The translations under genes were made by a program, and so were the position numbers. Positions 1 to 9,816 of a stretch of 64,000 nt of DNA are shown here, one piece after another. Every line of letters starts with the position of its first letter. The stretch's first letter is position 1. Origin of the DNA: Candidatus Parcubacteria bacterium (GTDB taxonomy: Bacteria > Patescibacteriota > Minisyncoccia > Phycocordibacterales > UBA918); NCBI GenBank assembly GCA_046050355.1, contig JBJOPW010000004.1:13755-77754 (forward strand). Reading direction: 5' to 3'. The notes under the pieces were generated by a model that was not told where the DNA came from, ran no database searches, and saw only the letters and a program-made list of their open reading frames with translations.

Positions 1-45
1 GAACGTTCGAGGATCATAGTGGGTCACCATCGGGGGCACTCAAGT
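1..45. repeat. left hybrid attachment site (host arm 1-18, core 19-27, element arm from 28)
   Basis: Core GTGGGTCAC; element arm CATCGG is the inverted repeat of CCGATG next to the right-hand core; overlaps the last codons of the recombinase. Confidence 0.8.
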
Positions 46-1444
46 CATTCTTGAGGTCCTGAAGCCAACTCTGTGGCTCCAAACATAACTCTCCTGGACT
101 GAGGGTTCGGTACGAGAAGAGATTTTGCACCATCTGACGTTTTTCATCGCCTATCGCCACTTTGTATTGCAGATCAAAGGTCGTTGCGAGTTCGAGGAAG
201 TTCTGTACGTCCTGTTCTGTCGGAAGGTTTTCGGTCAGTCGTGAGCGTTCTTGGGTGAGGTCAGCGAGTTCAAGTGTCATGTTCTGCTTCTTCGCCTCGA
301 AGTCTGGCTTTGAGATTGTGCCATCGATCAGTAGATCTGTAAGTCGATCCAAGCGCTGCTTCTGTTGTTCGATACGCAGGTCCAGCGACCGTCTGGTGCT
401 GTTGAGGTCCGGATCATGGATGAACTCTAGTAACGACGCACGGAGTACCTCTGCCTCTTCCTGCCTGAGTGCAACTGTCCGGAAACACTTCTCGACGGCC
501 TCTTCGATCTTGTCTTCTCGGATGGTTGTCGTTGGGCACGATGCTGTCTGGCATCGATAGTACACTCTGCCTTTCTGCCTCTCTGGAGAAAGTGGGCCGT
601 TACACAACGCACAGCGAAAAAGCCCGCGATAGCGATGGTTGTGGCGGGTGACCTTTTTTCCCGCCTTACCGACTTTCACGTCTTGGATGTTTCGATACGT
701 GCTCACAGTGATGAGCGGCTCGTGTATGCCGTCGTACGTCGCGCCGGTTTGCCTGATGCGCATGACCCCGCAGTAGAATGGGTTCTGCAGCATGGTTTCG
801 ATCCCATGCAATGAAAGACTTCTGCCCCGGTGGTTCTTTAGGCCGATGCGCACGGCTTCTCGGTGCAAGCTGCGAAGTGAGTGCTGTCCTGAGGCGTATT
901 TCTCCAGCAGGTCACGGACCAACGGAGCTTTCTCCGGGCAAGGAGTCTTTGGTTTTCCTCGCCCGTTGTCGAGATATCCCAAGGGTGCTTGGAAGGGATA
1001 GAGGCCCTGGCGCAGCCGACCGTCGATGCCCTTCTTCGTCTCTTCCCGGAGGTTTCGGATGTAGTCAGCTGCGATCACGGCTTGGATGTCCGCAGTTAGT
1101 CGCCCTCCGCGAGAACGGAAGTCGAGACTCTCAGTCGCGAAGTATACACCAACTCCCTTGTCGGAGAGTTCGCTGATGATCGCCCAATCCTTGAGATTCC
1201 GTGCGGACCTATCGATCTTGTGGATGATGAGGCCAGAAGCTTTTCCACGCTCCAACAATTTGAGCATCTTCGTGAACACTGGGCGGCCAGACTTCGCCGC
1301 CGTTTCCTTCTCTTCAAACCAGTCAGTAACTTGGAGATTGTTACGACTCGCAAATGCCGTAATAGCGTCCTTCTGAGCTTCGAGAGAAACGCCTTCTCCC
1401 TGCTTCTGGGTGGAAACCCGTATGTATCCAAAACACGACTTCAT
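14..1444 (-). CDS. large serine recombinase (resolvase + recombinase + zinc-ribbon/coiled-coil domains)
   Basis: N-terminal GYIRVST (catalytic Ser), KIDRSAR, APLGY, HEPLI, CALC...YYRC...C zinc ribbon, coiled coil. Confidence 0.95.
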   Translation of the reverse strand: MKSCFGYIRVSTQKQGEGVSLEAQKDAITAFASRNNLQVTDWFEEKETAAKSGRPVFTKMLKLLERGKASGLIIHKIDRSARNLKDWAIISELSDKGVGVYFATESLDFRSRGGRLTADIQAVIAADYIRNLREETKKGIDGRLRQGLYPFQAPLGYLDNGRGKPKTPCPEKAPLVRDLLEKYASGQHSLRSLHREAVRIGLKNHRGRSLSLHGIETMLQNPFYCGVMRIRQTGATYDGIHEPLITVSTYRNIQDVKVGKAGKKVTRHNHRYRGLFRCALCNGPLSPERQKGRVYYRCQTASCPTTTIREDKIEEAVEKCFRTVALRQEEAEVLRASLLEFIHDPDLNSTRRSLDLRIEQQKQRLDRLTDLLIDGTISKPDFEAKKQNMTLELADLTQERSRLTENLPTEQDVQNFLELATTFDLQYKVAIGDEKRQMVQNLFSYRTLSPGELCLEPQSWLQDLKNDLSAPDGDPL

Positions 1445-1587
1445 AGTTCGGTGTTGCTATCGTCGGATTCTATCAGATCTTTATTTTTTGGCGAATCACG
1501 CCACGGCCAAGATTGATCGCATAGCATCCGCAAGTAGATCTTCTTGCAGTGTTCAAGATGCGCTCTCAGAAATTCGTCGTGGTTCAT
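1441..1587 (-). CDS. small protein (48 aa, MNHDEFLRAHLEHCKKIYLRMLCDQSWPWRDS...) coupled to the recombinase
   Basis: Hand translation; GGAGG upstream; stop overlaps the recombinase start as ATGA; below the ORF-track length cut-off. Confidence 0.6.
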   Translation of the reverse strand: MNHDEFLRAHLEHCKKIYLRMLCDQSWPWRDSPKNKDLIESDDSNTEL

Positions 1588-1650
1588 CGAACCAGTCTAT
1601 AACCTCCAATTTCTTCGAATAGTCCGCGAGGTTTCGAGCTATTGCCTCTT

Positions 1651-2805
1651 TCAATGCCGTGTCACCAGAGAGAACGGCTTCGAACGTTCACCTGAAACCA
1701 TGATTTGTGCATAAGCATGATGGTTCGGAAGTCCAATGAGGTCCGCTGGAGATACCCCTTGCATTTGAGCGGCAATCACCGGGGCATCCAGTGCTCCGAC
1801 ACGAAATGCAAGCGTGCTGCCGACGTTCCCCATGATGGCCTCGAACACCGTTCTGTCTGCCTGGAGGGTGTGTTGATGAGCCAACGTGATAGCCACACCG
1901 TACTTCCGTACCTCGGAAAGCATTCCTGCGAAGGCGGTCGTCGTAAATGAGTGGAACTCGTCCACGTATAGCATGAAGGGTCTCCGGCCACCTTCCGCGA
2001 CACTCTGTCTGCTGAAGGCTGCGTTCATAACGGCTGATACGATCAGCCCTCCAAGAACGTTTGCGATGTCGCCACCGATTGCACCCTTGGCGAGGTTCAC
2101 TACAAGAATTTCACCGTTGTCCATCAAGCGCCTGAACCGAATGGGCTCAACAGGTTCGCAGATCGCCGAGCGAACGACAGGATGAGACAGGAACGCCCCT
2201 AGCTTGTTGGCAATCGGGGCAACGCCATCGACGGCGTTCTTGTAGTTCATCGTCGGATATTCGACTTCCCAAAAGTAACGCACCTGAGGATCGGTTATGC
2301 GGTGAAGCACTCGCTTCTGAAATTCTCGCTCGATCAGCAACCTGACGACTTCGCGGATGTCTGCCTGCGGCTGCTCAAGCAACGCCAGAATTGAGTAACG
2401 AAGTAGGTGCTCCATGCGGGCACCCCAAGCATCCTCCCATTGACGTCTGAGTGCTTCGATGAGGCCAGAGCATACGAGTGGGCGCAACGATGCCTGGACG
2501 GGACGAATAGGGTTGTAGCCCAGACCGCAGTTTGGGTCGGCAAGGTTCCAGAAGTGGAGCGGACGCTGCACAGTCGCTGATAGGCTCAGGGCGAGATCGC
2601 CGTGCGGGTCGATCACACAGAAACCGCGTCCCTCGGCAACATCTGCCTCAGCGAGGTTCCTGATCAGGGTAGACTTCCCGGTTCCGGTCTGACCGACAAC
2701 GTACAGGTGAAGAAGCCGGTCCGAGAGTGCGATGGATACTGTTTTCCCGTCCTGGCGACCGGAAAGGAGCCCAAGTACGGACGCATTAGACTGTGTGTTG
2801 TTCAC
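1651..2805 (-). CDS. VirD4/TraD/HerA-like (DUF87) ATPase, no transmembrane anchor
   Basis: Walker A GQTGTGKS, IDPHGD, Walker B LYVDEF, SEVRKYG..LAHQ. Confidence 0.85.
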   Translation of the reverse strand: MNNTQSNASVLGLLSGRQDGKTVSIALSDRLLHLYVVGQTGTGKSTLIRNLAEADVAEGRGFCVIDPHGDLALSLSATVQRPLHFWNLADPNCGLGYNPIRPVQASLRPLVCSGLIEALRRQWEDAWGARMEHLLRYSILALLEQPQADIREVVRLLIEREFQKRVLHRITDPQVRYFWEVEYPTMNYKNAVDGVAPIANKLGAFLSHPVVRSAICEPVEPIRFRRLMDNGEILVVNLAKGAIGGDIANVLGGLIVSAVMNAAFSRQSVAEGGRRPFMLYVDEFHSFTTTAFAGMLSEVRKYGVAITLAHQHTLQADRTVFEAIMGNVGSTLAFRVGALDAPVIAAQMQGVSPADLIGLPNHHAYAQIMVSGERSKPFSLVTRH

Positions 2806-3025
2806 GCTGTCAGTCTGCCGGACTAAGCGCGAGATCCAAAGACTATGGAAGCTCGGAGATCGACCTGTTCGGAAGCCCTGAGATGTGACTTAGCAAATTT
2901 CCAAGGACTTTTTGGAGGGCAAGCGGGCCCCGATAATGAGGGCAGACCGATCTTTTGCTCATCGCCTTTCGTAGGGTCTGCCTGAAATCACTTCGGGCAG
3001 CGACCCAAGCGGAAGGAGATGAAGA

Positions 3026-3559
3026 ATGGGCTACGCTGTAGAAGACGACGAACTGGGTGGTATCGGCTATACCCCGACCTGCAAGAGTTGCGGTTCCGAA
3101 CATGTATCCAAGGATGCTTGGGCCTGTTGGAATCCGGCTACTGGGATGTGGGAACTCGAAACCACTTTCGATCATGAGTACTGTCATGTGTGCGAGGCCG
3201 ACACGTCGTTCACCTGGCAGCGAGTGGAGAGCGTTCCATCAAGGCGCGTTCGGGCCTTGAATGACAGGTTCCGCAAGGAAGGCGGAAAGGAACGGTCGGT
3301 GGTCGTCACCTCCGGCGTTCTGGCGCTCGGGACAGACTTCCTTGTCGCCGCGCTCGTAGCCATCCGGGACTTCGACAGCTTCACTGACGACAATGACCCC
3401 TGGGGCGAGCATGACTACGGGAAGGTCACCATCCACGGCCAGCCCGTCTTCTGGAAGATCGACTACTACGATCTCAACCTCGCGGGACGCTCATCCAATC
3501 CCGCCAACGACGGCGAGACGCATCGCGTACTGACCGTCATGTTGCCAAGCGAGTACTAA
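3026..3559 (+). CDS. DUF3768 family protein with N-terminal zinc finger
   Basis: CKSC...CHVC; RALNDRFR, DNDPWGEHDYG, FWKIDYYD, RVLTVMLPSEY. Confidence 0.85.
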   Translation: MGYAVEDDELGGIGYTPTCKSCGSEHVSKDAWACWNPATGMWELETTFDHEYCHVCEADTSFTWQRVESVPSRRVRALNDRFRKEGGKERSVVVTSGVLALGTDFLVAALVAIRDFDSFTDDNDPWGEHDYGKVTIHGQPVFWKIDYYDLNLAGRSSNPANDGETHRVLTVMLPSEY

Positions 3560-3952
3560 GATCCCGCCTCCCACTGTGGAGGCGGTTTTCGCAATGGCAT
3601 GTCCGAGACGTCAAGACCCTGAACGTGAAAGAGCACGGCCATGAGTTCGTCTTCACGAATAGACTGTGACCAGTGCTCAGCCGGTTCTTGTCGCTGTCTA
3701 GCCAAACGAGCGGGAATTTCGATATCCTGATACTCGGAACGATAGAAGGTAGCCTTGGCGTTCGTAGCAAGGTCGGACTGGCGTCAGCCGGAAGGGTGGC
3801 AACCCTTCCGGGGTGAAGCGCTGGTACGAGGCCTTGTCGACGACCGATCACCAAGGCCACCAAACATGCTGAACCGGCACATTGCGCCTTCTAGGTGCTG
3901 AGGGAGCATCGACATACACTGCTTGTATTATCAGCAGTAAGTCACAAACCAA

Positions 3953-4303
3953 ATGTCCACCGAGTTTGCCCTGGACCTGCGCCTCGCGCGCCGGAAAGCA
4001 GGCTTCACGCAGCGCGACTGCGCACATTTATTAGCGATCTCTCCGTCGGTCTTGTCACAGATGGAAGGCGGCAAGCGCCTGCCGAGCATTCTTCAGATCT
4101 GCATGCTGTCCGTCATCTACGGTCGATCCTTCGAAAGCCTTTTTGGCTTTCTTCTTGACGAGGCTCGTGCCCAGCTCCGGACGCGCATTTTGAGCTTGCC
4201 TGAAGATGTCCGTCACTTCGCCGGGACTCGCAACCGCGACTACAGCATCGACCGACTGGCGCAGCGCTTAGCAGATGAGCAAGACGTACATGGCGGCGCT
4301 TAG
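3953..4303 (+). CDS. XRE-family HTH regulator
   Basis: LRLARRKAGFTQRDCAHLLAISPSVLSQMEGGKRLP. Confidence 0.85.
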   Translation: MSTEFALDLRLARRKAGFTQRDCAHLLAISPSVLSQMEGGKRLPSILQICMLSVIYGRSFESLFGFLLDEARAQLRTRILSLPEDVRHFAGTRNRDYSIDRLAQRLADEQDVHGGA

Positions 4304-4772
4304 GATACTCTCCATTGCGGCAGCCACTGGTCGGATAGCGTACGTCTATTTGATCGGCGATCGGCTGATGGACTGGCGCATTTCAGACAAGGCTAGTTCG
4401 TCTGCGCAAGACGCGAGAGAAGCATCGGCCCATTGGATCGAGACGCTCCGTCCGGACGTCGTTGTTACGGAGATTCCGGTGTCGAAGACTCGAAAGGGCG
4501 ACAACACCAGACAGTTGATCGAAGCAATGGCTAAAGTGGCCGAAGAAGCGGATGTACTGGACGTCAAAGTCACCCGAGAGCAATCCTATGCGAACAAGTA
4601 CGAAGAGGCCGCTGCATTAGCAGAGAGCTATCCGGAGCTGCTGCCGTGGGTCCCACGCAAGCGCCGCTTCTTCGACAACGAGCACCGCAATACCGTGCTC
4701 TTTGAGGCTTTGGCCCTAGCGCAAGCAATCGTTCGGTCGCCTGCAACTACCCTTGGGGCCGCGATGGGATAG
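4290..4772 (+). CDS. hypothetical protein, possible degenerate RNase H/RuvC-like fold
   Basis: Overlaps the XRE stop; LRILSIAAATGRIAYV...RPDVVVTE pattern recalls RuvC/YqgF but lacks the first catalytic Asp. Confidence 0.55.
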   Translation: MAALRILSIAAATGRIAYVYLIGDRLMDWRISDKASSSAQDAREASAHWIETLRPDVVVTEIPVSKTRKGDNTRQLIEAMAKVAEEADVLDVKVTREQSYANKYEEAAALAESYPELLPWVPRKRRFFDNEHRNTVLFEALALAQAIVRSPATTLGAAMG

Positions 4773-4847
4773 TTCACAAAGACGAAATTGTTGACAGGCT
4801 GCAACATGGTGTTGCAGCTTTTTTGTACTGGTATTTAGGAGGTACCC

Positions 4848-5402
4848 ATGCGCTCATATCATGCCGCTCGCGCGGTTTTTTCTCTCTTCTCTGGGTTGGC
4901 CTGGACCGTGATCCTCATCGGAATTCTTGCTGTGTTTCTAGGCATTGCACGGGGACGCAGCATAAACCCGTACAATCCAGACCTAGGAGCTGCCGTGGTC
5001 GCAATACCCGGAGTCTTGGCTGTCGTATTTGGCTTGGTTATGCTGGTAATGGCTCAGATGGGCCGCGCCGGGGTTGATACCGCAGAGTATTCTCAGCAGA
5101 TGCTGCAGGCATCGCGGGATCACATGGAAGTCTCACGACAACTGGTTCGCCAAGGCGAAAAACTCGAACAGGGCTATGCTGCTCTTGCGGCGAAACTCAG
5201 CATACCCCCGTCGGTTTCGTATGATGGTCGCATTTCCACAGCGGAAGCGTCTTCTTCTGCGGCACCCGCAGCTACACCGCTCTCCGCCACTGGCGAAGGT
5301 ACGACGCAAAAGGTGGGCTACAGCGACCGGCTCCAGATCGAACAGGGTATCCCGATGACCACCCTCCAGGGTGCTGACGCGAAGTCTACCGCGTCGTCCT
5401 AA
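4848..5402 (+). CDS. hypothetical membrane protein (2 TM helices)
   Basis: AGGAGG RBS; two hydrophobic segments followed by a soluble tail. Confidence 0.7.
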   Translation: MRSYHAARAVFSLFSGLAWTVILIGILAVFLGIARGRSINPYNPDLGAAVVAIPGVLAVVFGLVMLVMAQMGRAGVDTAEYSQQMLQASRDHMEVSRQLVRQGEKLEQGYAALAAKLSIPPSVSYDGRISTAEASSSAAPAATPLSATGEGTTQKVGYSDRLQIEQGIPMTTLQGADAKSTASS

Positions 5403-5575
5403 TCCCCACACCGGAACACATCCTCTATGGGGACTCTGTATGGGGGTACATACCGACACATCCTTGGCCATAGCTTCTCAACTTCGTCCCTCAGATCATC
5501 CTGACATATGCCACCTTCGTGGCATAGGCTGGTCGGCACCTAGGCCGACCAGCCGCACCATTACCTGGAGCTTCG

Positions 5576-5935
5576 ATGCGAATTTCGATCTCTCACCATG
5601 ATGTCCGTAAGGGACTATTGTTCAGGAAGACTATGCACGAAGTCCACTTGTCGGTGGCCTTCACCCACGAAGAAAAGCAGATTGTGCGCCAGCGCCGTCT
5701 AGGGGATCAGGTCATCCTGCAGCGCCGTCCGGCGAACGCCAAAGTTGATGATCGCGACAGTAAGTTCGTCCTGCGACTAGGTGACCTGCTTGACGGTCGT
5801 ACCGACCGCTTTCTCCTCGCAACACCATCTGCAGCAAAAATCTACGAGGAAGACCTGATCCGAATGTTGGCCCAAGTGAAGCTTTGGATTTCAGACAATG
5901 CAGAGACCGCAGGTCGGACGGTGATTGAACTTTGA
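5576..5935 (+). CDS. hypothetical protein
   Basis: GGAG RBS; 4-bp overlap with the downstream ATPase. Confidence 0.7.
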   Translation: MRISISHHDVRKGLLFRKTMHEVHLSVAFTHEEKQIVRQRRLGDQVILQRRPANAKVDDRDSKFVLRLGDLLDGRTDRFLLATPSAAKIYEEDLIRMLAQVKLWISDNAETAGRTVIEL

Positions 5936-8016
5936 GCACAGAACGCGAGATCAAGGAGTTCTTCAACTCGACGCTCGGATTGGGCGTCCTTTTTGTTTTC
6001 CTCCTCCTCGGCGTGGTAGTTGCACCGATATTCCTCATAGGGGCAGCGGTCTATGTAGTGGGTCGCCTTTATCTTGAAAACCCCGCCAGACTGGAGCGGG
6101 TAGCGAGACGAGAGACAGAGATCCTATACAATCACGCGCTCGCCGGGCAAGTTATCTTGAGCCGTGATGATATTGATGAAATCTTGTCAGCTAGCTGGCC
6201 GGAAGAATTGCCATTTCCAACGCGTGCACAGCTGCTTGATCTTGGCTATGAGCTTTTCCGAGACGAGGGACTTAGTCCAGACATTCCACCAGTTCCGGCA
6301 CTTTGCAACACGGTGGAAGGGGCAAGATACCGCGACCTGCTTGCGAGACTAGGACAAGCGCGAACGGATCGTGTGATGGTTACCGCCGCTCTTTCGCAAA
6401 TTGGAGAAAGTCTTTCGGTCGTCGCGCGGGCAATTCCAAACCTTGATGGAGATGTACTTGTTTCTGTCTCTCAGTTCTTGGAACCGGTTGGTCCGACCAT
6501 CGAAGAGATCATTGCGCCCTTTTATAGGGAGACTGGCTATATCCATTTCAAGGCTCTGAGGGAACGCCTCGATCAGAACTTGGAACGGACCCATCGGACA
6601 AACCCGGTCTTTCCCCGCGACTACAAGGGTACTGATGCGGTTGAAACCTACTTGGCTGGTACCCGGCTCAAAGCTCTCTTCAGCATCAAGACGCCCTTTG
6701 AGATCCCCGAAGCTTCACGCTTCGAGCATGTGCACATGGTTGCGGGAACCGGTCACGGGAAGACTCAGACGCTCCAATACTTCATCGCTAAAGACCTCCT
6801 CGACGTCGCGCGGCGTGACAAGTCCATTGTCGTCATTGACAGTCAGGGCGACCTGATCAGAACGATCCTCGCAGCCAAGCACCTTCCCCCCGAGCGCATC
6901 GTCTTGATCGATCCGGAGGACATTGCGTTCCCGGTAGCTCTCAACTTGTTTTCGGTCGGCCAAGAACGTCTCACGGGCTACAGCGCGGTCGATCAGGAAC
7001 GGCTCACCAACTCGATCCTGGAGCTCTATGACTTCGTGCTGGGGTCACTCCTTGGGTCGGGGATGACGTCGAAGCAGAACGTCATCTTCCGCTATGTCAC
7101 CAGGCTCATGCTTCATATACCGGACGCTACGATCCACACCCTTCGGGAGCTCATGGAGCCTGGAGGGACGGTGAAGTATCAAGACGCTATCGACCGGCTG
7201 GATGGAACCGCGCGCAAGTTTTTCGCCAGCGAGTTTGACGGCAAGGAGTTCACGAACACAAAAGCGCAGGTCCTACGTCGCCTCTATGGTGTGCTGGAGA
7301 ACCGTACCTTCGAACGGATGTTCTCGCACCCAACTTCACGCTTCGACATGTTCACCGAGATGAACGCGGGGAAGCTCATTCTGATCAACACGGCGAAATC
7401 TCTGCTGAAAGAACAAGGCACGGAGATCTTCGGCCGCTTCTTCATCGCCCTGATCGCTCAGGCCGCGCAAGAACGTGCCACCCTGCCAGAGTACGACCGG
7501 CTCCCGTGTATGGTTTTCGTGGATGAGGCCCAGGACTACTTCGACGAAAACATCGGGATCATCCTCAGTCAGGCACGCAAGTATCGGGTCGGCATGACAC
7601 TGGCACACCAATATCTTGGACAACTGTCTTCCTCGCTTCAGGAGGGCGTTGAGGCGAACACGGCAGTCAAACTTGCAGGCGGTGTCTCGGCTCGGGACTC
7701 CCGTGCTCTTGCAGGACAAATGGGGGCTGACCCCGACATGATCGCCCGACAGCCAAAGGGAACGTTTGCTGCCTTTATCCGTGGCGTCACAGAGAAAGCA
7801 GTCCCGATCTCGTTCCCGTTCTTTGTCCTAGAGAAATCAGAGAAGACGACAGACCAAGAGCGGGCCGAAATCCGGACTTTCAGCCGCAATGCCTATGCGC
7901 ACGCCTGGGATCGTCCCGAAGAAGACCAACAGCCGACGGAAGCGAACAGCGACATTCCTTCCGGAGGTTCAAGAGACGACCGCATAGACCCACTTTCTCC
8001 TTCCACAGAGCTATGA
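5932..8016 (+). CDS. membrane-anchored VirD4/TraD-like coupling ATPase
   Basis: N-terminal TM region; Walker A AGTGHGKT, IDSQGD, Walker B FVDEAQ, SQARKY..LAHQ. Confidence 0.85.
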   Translation: MSTEREIKEFFNSTLGLGVLFVFLLLGVVVAPIFLIGAAVYVVGRLYLENPARLERVARRETEILYNHALAGQVILSRDDIDEILSASWPEELPFPTRAQLLDLGYELFRDEGLSPDIPPVPALCNTVEGARYRDLLARLGQARTDRVMVTAALSQIGESLSVVARAIPNLDGDVLVSVSQFLEPVGPTIEEIIAPFYRETGYIHFKALRERLDQNLERTHRTNPVFPRDYKGTDAVETYLAGTRLKALFSIKTPFEIPEASRFEHVHMVAGTGHGKTQTLQYFIAKDLLDVARRDKSIVVIDSQGDLIRTILAAKHLPPERIVLIDPEDIAFPVALNLFSVGQERLTGYSAVDQERLTNSILELYDFVLGSLLGSGMTSKQNVIFRYVTRLMLHIPDATIHTLRELMEPGGTVKYQDAIDRLDGTARKFFASEFDGKEFTNTKAQVLRRLYGVLENRTFERMFSHPTSRFDMFTEMNAGKLILINTAKSLLKEQGTEIFGRFFIALIAQAAQERATLPEYDRLPCMVFVDEAQDYFDENIGIILSQARKYRVGMTLAHQYLGQLSSSLQEGVEANTAVKLAGGVSARDSRALAGQMGADPDMIARQPKGTFAAFIRGVTEKAVPISFPFFVLEKSEKTTDQERAEIRTFSRNAYAHAWDRPEEDQQPTEANSDIPSGGSRDDRIDPLSPSTEL

Positions 8017-8034
8017 TTTTGCTAGCATTTCCTT

Positions 8035-8916
8035 ATGGGAAAGCTGGATGCTCTCGGTCGCGCAACATTCCATCACATAGCTGAACAATCAGCTGTGCGG
8101 GTGACGAATCGCGAGCTTGCTTGGCTCGCGCACATCCATCGACATGGCCCCCAGTCGTCCACAGCGCTGTATGATTTGACGGTTTCCACGCACCGCTGCC
8201 GCGACACTAGTCTCCGCGCCCTTCAGCGGCTTCGTGCTGGCGGTGTCCTTTCACTCCCTCGCCAACAGCGCATGACCGAAAGAGCGGAGTTCAATCCGTA
8301 CATTTACGATGTCACTGAGTTGGGCAAAGGCCACTTGGAAAATCGCGATCTGCTTGAACCCACTCTCCGCCCAAGTGGGCATTGGTGGCACGCTTACGGT
8401 GTCGGTGCGATCACAGCCGCCATCGAGCGCCGCGGTGCCGAGAAAGGCATTCGCTACATACCGCCTCAGTCAATCTTGGCGCGGGCAAGATGCGAACTTC
8501 CGCTACCCACACCTGCTGGCATGGTCATTCCGGATCAGCTATTCGCCTTGGACTACGGCGGCACCTTCAGAGCCTTTATGCTGGAGCATGACCGTGGGTC
8601 TGAACCGCTGTCTTCAAAGGCAGCACGTGAAAGCCTGGAACGAAAACTTCATCGATACTCGACGGCTGCATCCAGCGATTTGCATCGTCGGCACTATGGC
8701 CTGAAGTCGCCGCTTGTCTTGATGTTCACCTTTGCGTCACGAGCGCGAGCCGCGCGGTTCTTAGACCTTGTCACCACGAAGTACCCGGTACTGTCTTCCA
8801 TCGTCATCTTCGCCATTCTGAACGACGATGATCCACTGCTTCTGTGTTCTCGGGACATTGTCTTGGGTCCCTGGCAACGCGGGTCCGGTGGAACTTTCGA
8901 GCTATTCCAATCCTAG
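8035..8916 (+). CDS. replication-relaxation (Replic_Relax) family protein, putative relaxase
   Basis: N-terminal winged helix, HWWH, IPDQLF, LEHDRGSE motif; directly after a coupling ATPase. Confidence 0.75.
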   Translation: MGKLDALGRATFHHIAEQSAVRVTNRELAWLAHIHRHGPQSSTALYDLTVSTHRCRDTSLRALQRLRAGGVLSLPRQQRMTERAEFNPYIYDVTELGKGHLENRDLLEPTLRPSGHWWHAYGVGAITAAIERRGAEKGIRYIPPQSILARARCELPLPTPAGMVIPDQLFALDYGGTFRAFMLEHDRGSEPLSSKAARESLERKLHRYSTAASSDLHRRHYGLKSPLVLMFTFASRARAARFLDLVTTKYPVLSSIVIFAILNDDDPLLLCSRDIVLGPWQRGSGGTFELFQS

Positions 8917-9070
8917 GCCTAACTGGGGAACTTCGCCCAAGCAGAAGTTCCACTGTCTAGGGCAGGATGCGGCACGACCGTATTCTGAGCCTGGACCGTT
9001 CCTTATCAGAGCTATGCCGCAAGGCCTGCTCACTAGGCATGTGTCCTTTCCCAGAAACGTGGAGATACCC

Positions 9071-9784
9071 ATGACCCTTATGCTGCACACTGGCGGCGAA
9101 GCCATCGACTTCGATGACCTTCGTCTGCTTCCAACACCAGAACCAACGGCGAGCCATGTCCCGATACCGCACCACTCGGTGGTGGATATGGTCCGCTACG
9201 CGCTCGGCTTCTTCGGTCACGAACTGCTCGAAGAGCATCATGCCGTCACACCCGACGGGATGAACTACTTCGGCGTCCTGTCTCTGCGGTCGCCATATGG
9301 TGACTACACCGACATGGTAGGCCTCAGGAACAGCCACAAAAAGCAGTTTCCAATTGGCATCGCCATCGGAAGCAGGGTGTTCGTCTGCGACAACCTAGCC
9401 TTCCATGCTGACCATGTGATCCGACGAAAGCACACGGCGAACGCCAAACGAGATCTTCCTGGCCTCGTCAGTGAAGTGATCGAGCCGTTGCATTTGGCAC
9501 GGCGCGACCAAGCGCAGAGAATTGAAAGATACAAAGCCTTGGCGCTACCCGATGCACTGGCTGATCAAGCCATCATGGCCATGTACCGTCGCGGGGTGAT
9601 CAACTTGACCCGCATCGGCGACGTTCTGACGATCTACGAGGAGCCACCGCATGATTGGGGTGACAAGACGCCATGGCGACTCTTCAATGCTGCGACGTTC
9701 GCCTTAATGGGCAAGGTGGCAGAAAATCCCACCCATACCAAACGTCTACACGATGTAATTGATGGGATATGTGCAAAGGCATGA
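9071..9784 (+). CDS. DUF932 domain protein
   Basis: GGAG RBS before ATG 9071; PIPH, GLRNSH, RVFVCDNL, RRKHT, WRLFNAAT. Confidence 0.8.
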   Translation: MTLMLHTGGEAIDFDDLRLLPTPEPTASHVPIPHHSVVDMVRYALGFFGHELLEEHHAVTPDGMNYFGVLSLRSPYGDYTDMVGLRNSHKKQFPIGIAIGSRVFVCDNLAFHADHVIRRKHTANAKRDLPGLVSEVIEPLHLARRDQAQRIERYKALALPDALADQAIMAMYRRGVINLTRIGDVLTIYEEPPHDWGDKTPWRLFNAATFALMGKVAENPTHTKRLHDVIDGICAKA

Positions 9785-9789
9785 AGGAA

Positions 9790-9813
9790 AAGGACGGCTC
9801 TTGAGCCGTCCTT
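9790..9813. terminator. bidirectional intrinsic terminator
   Basis: AAGGACGGCTC-tt-GAGCCGTCCTT between convergent genes. Confidence 0.75.
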
Positions 9814-9816
9814 ATT

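Noticed and set aside
482-495. AACACTTCTCGA inside the recombinase gene, an inverted 12-bp match to the att arm
   Set aside because: Lies in coding sequence, lacks the core, and a 12-mer match is plausible by chance in 64 kb
3560-3950. Candidate oriT (GAAGGGT-ggca-ACCCTTC hairpin)
   Set aside because: No known nic consensus recognised; a hairpin alone is insufficient
8828-9070. N-terminal extension of the DUF932 ORF
   Set aside because: Overlaps the upstream gene; a better RBS and start exist at 9071
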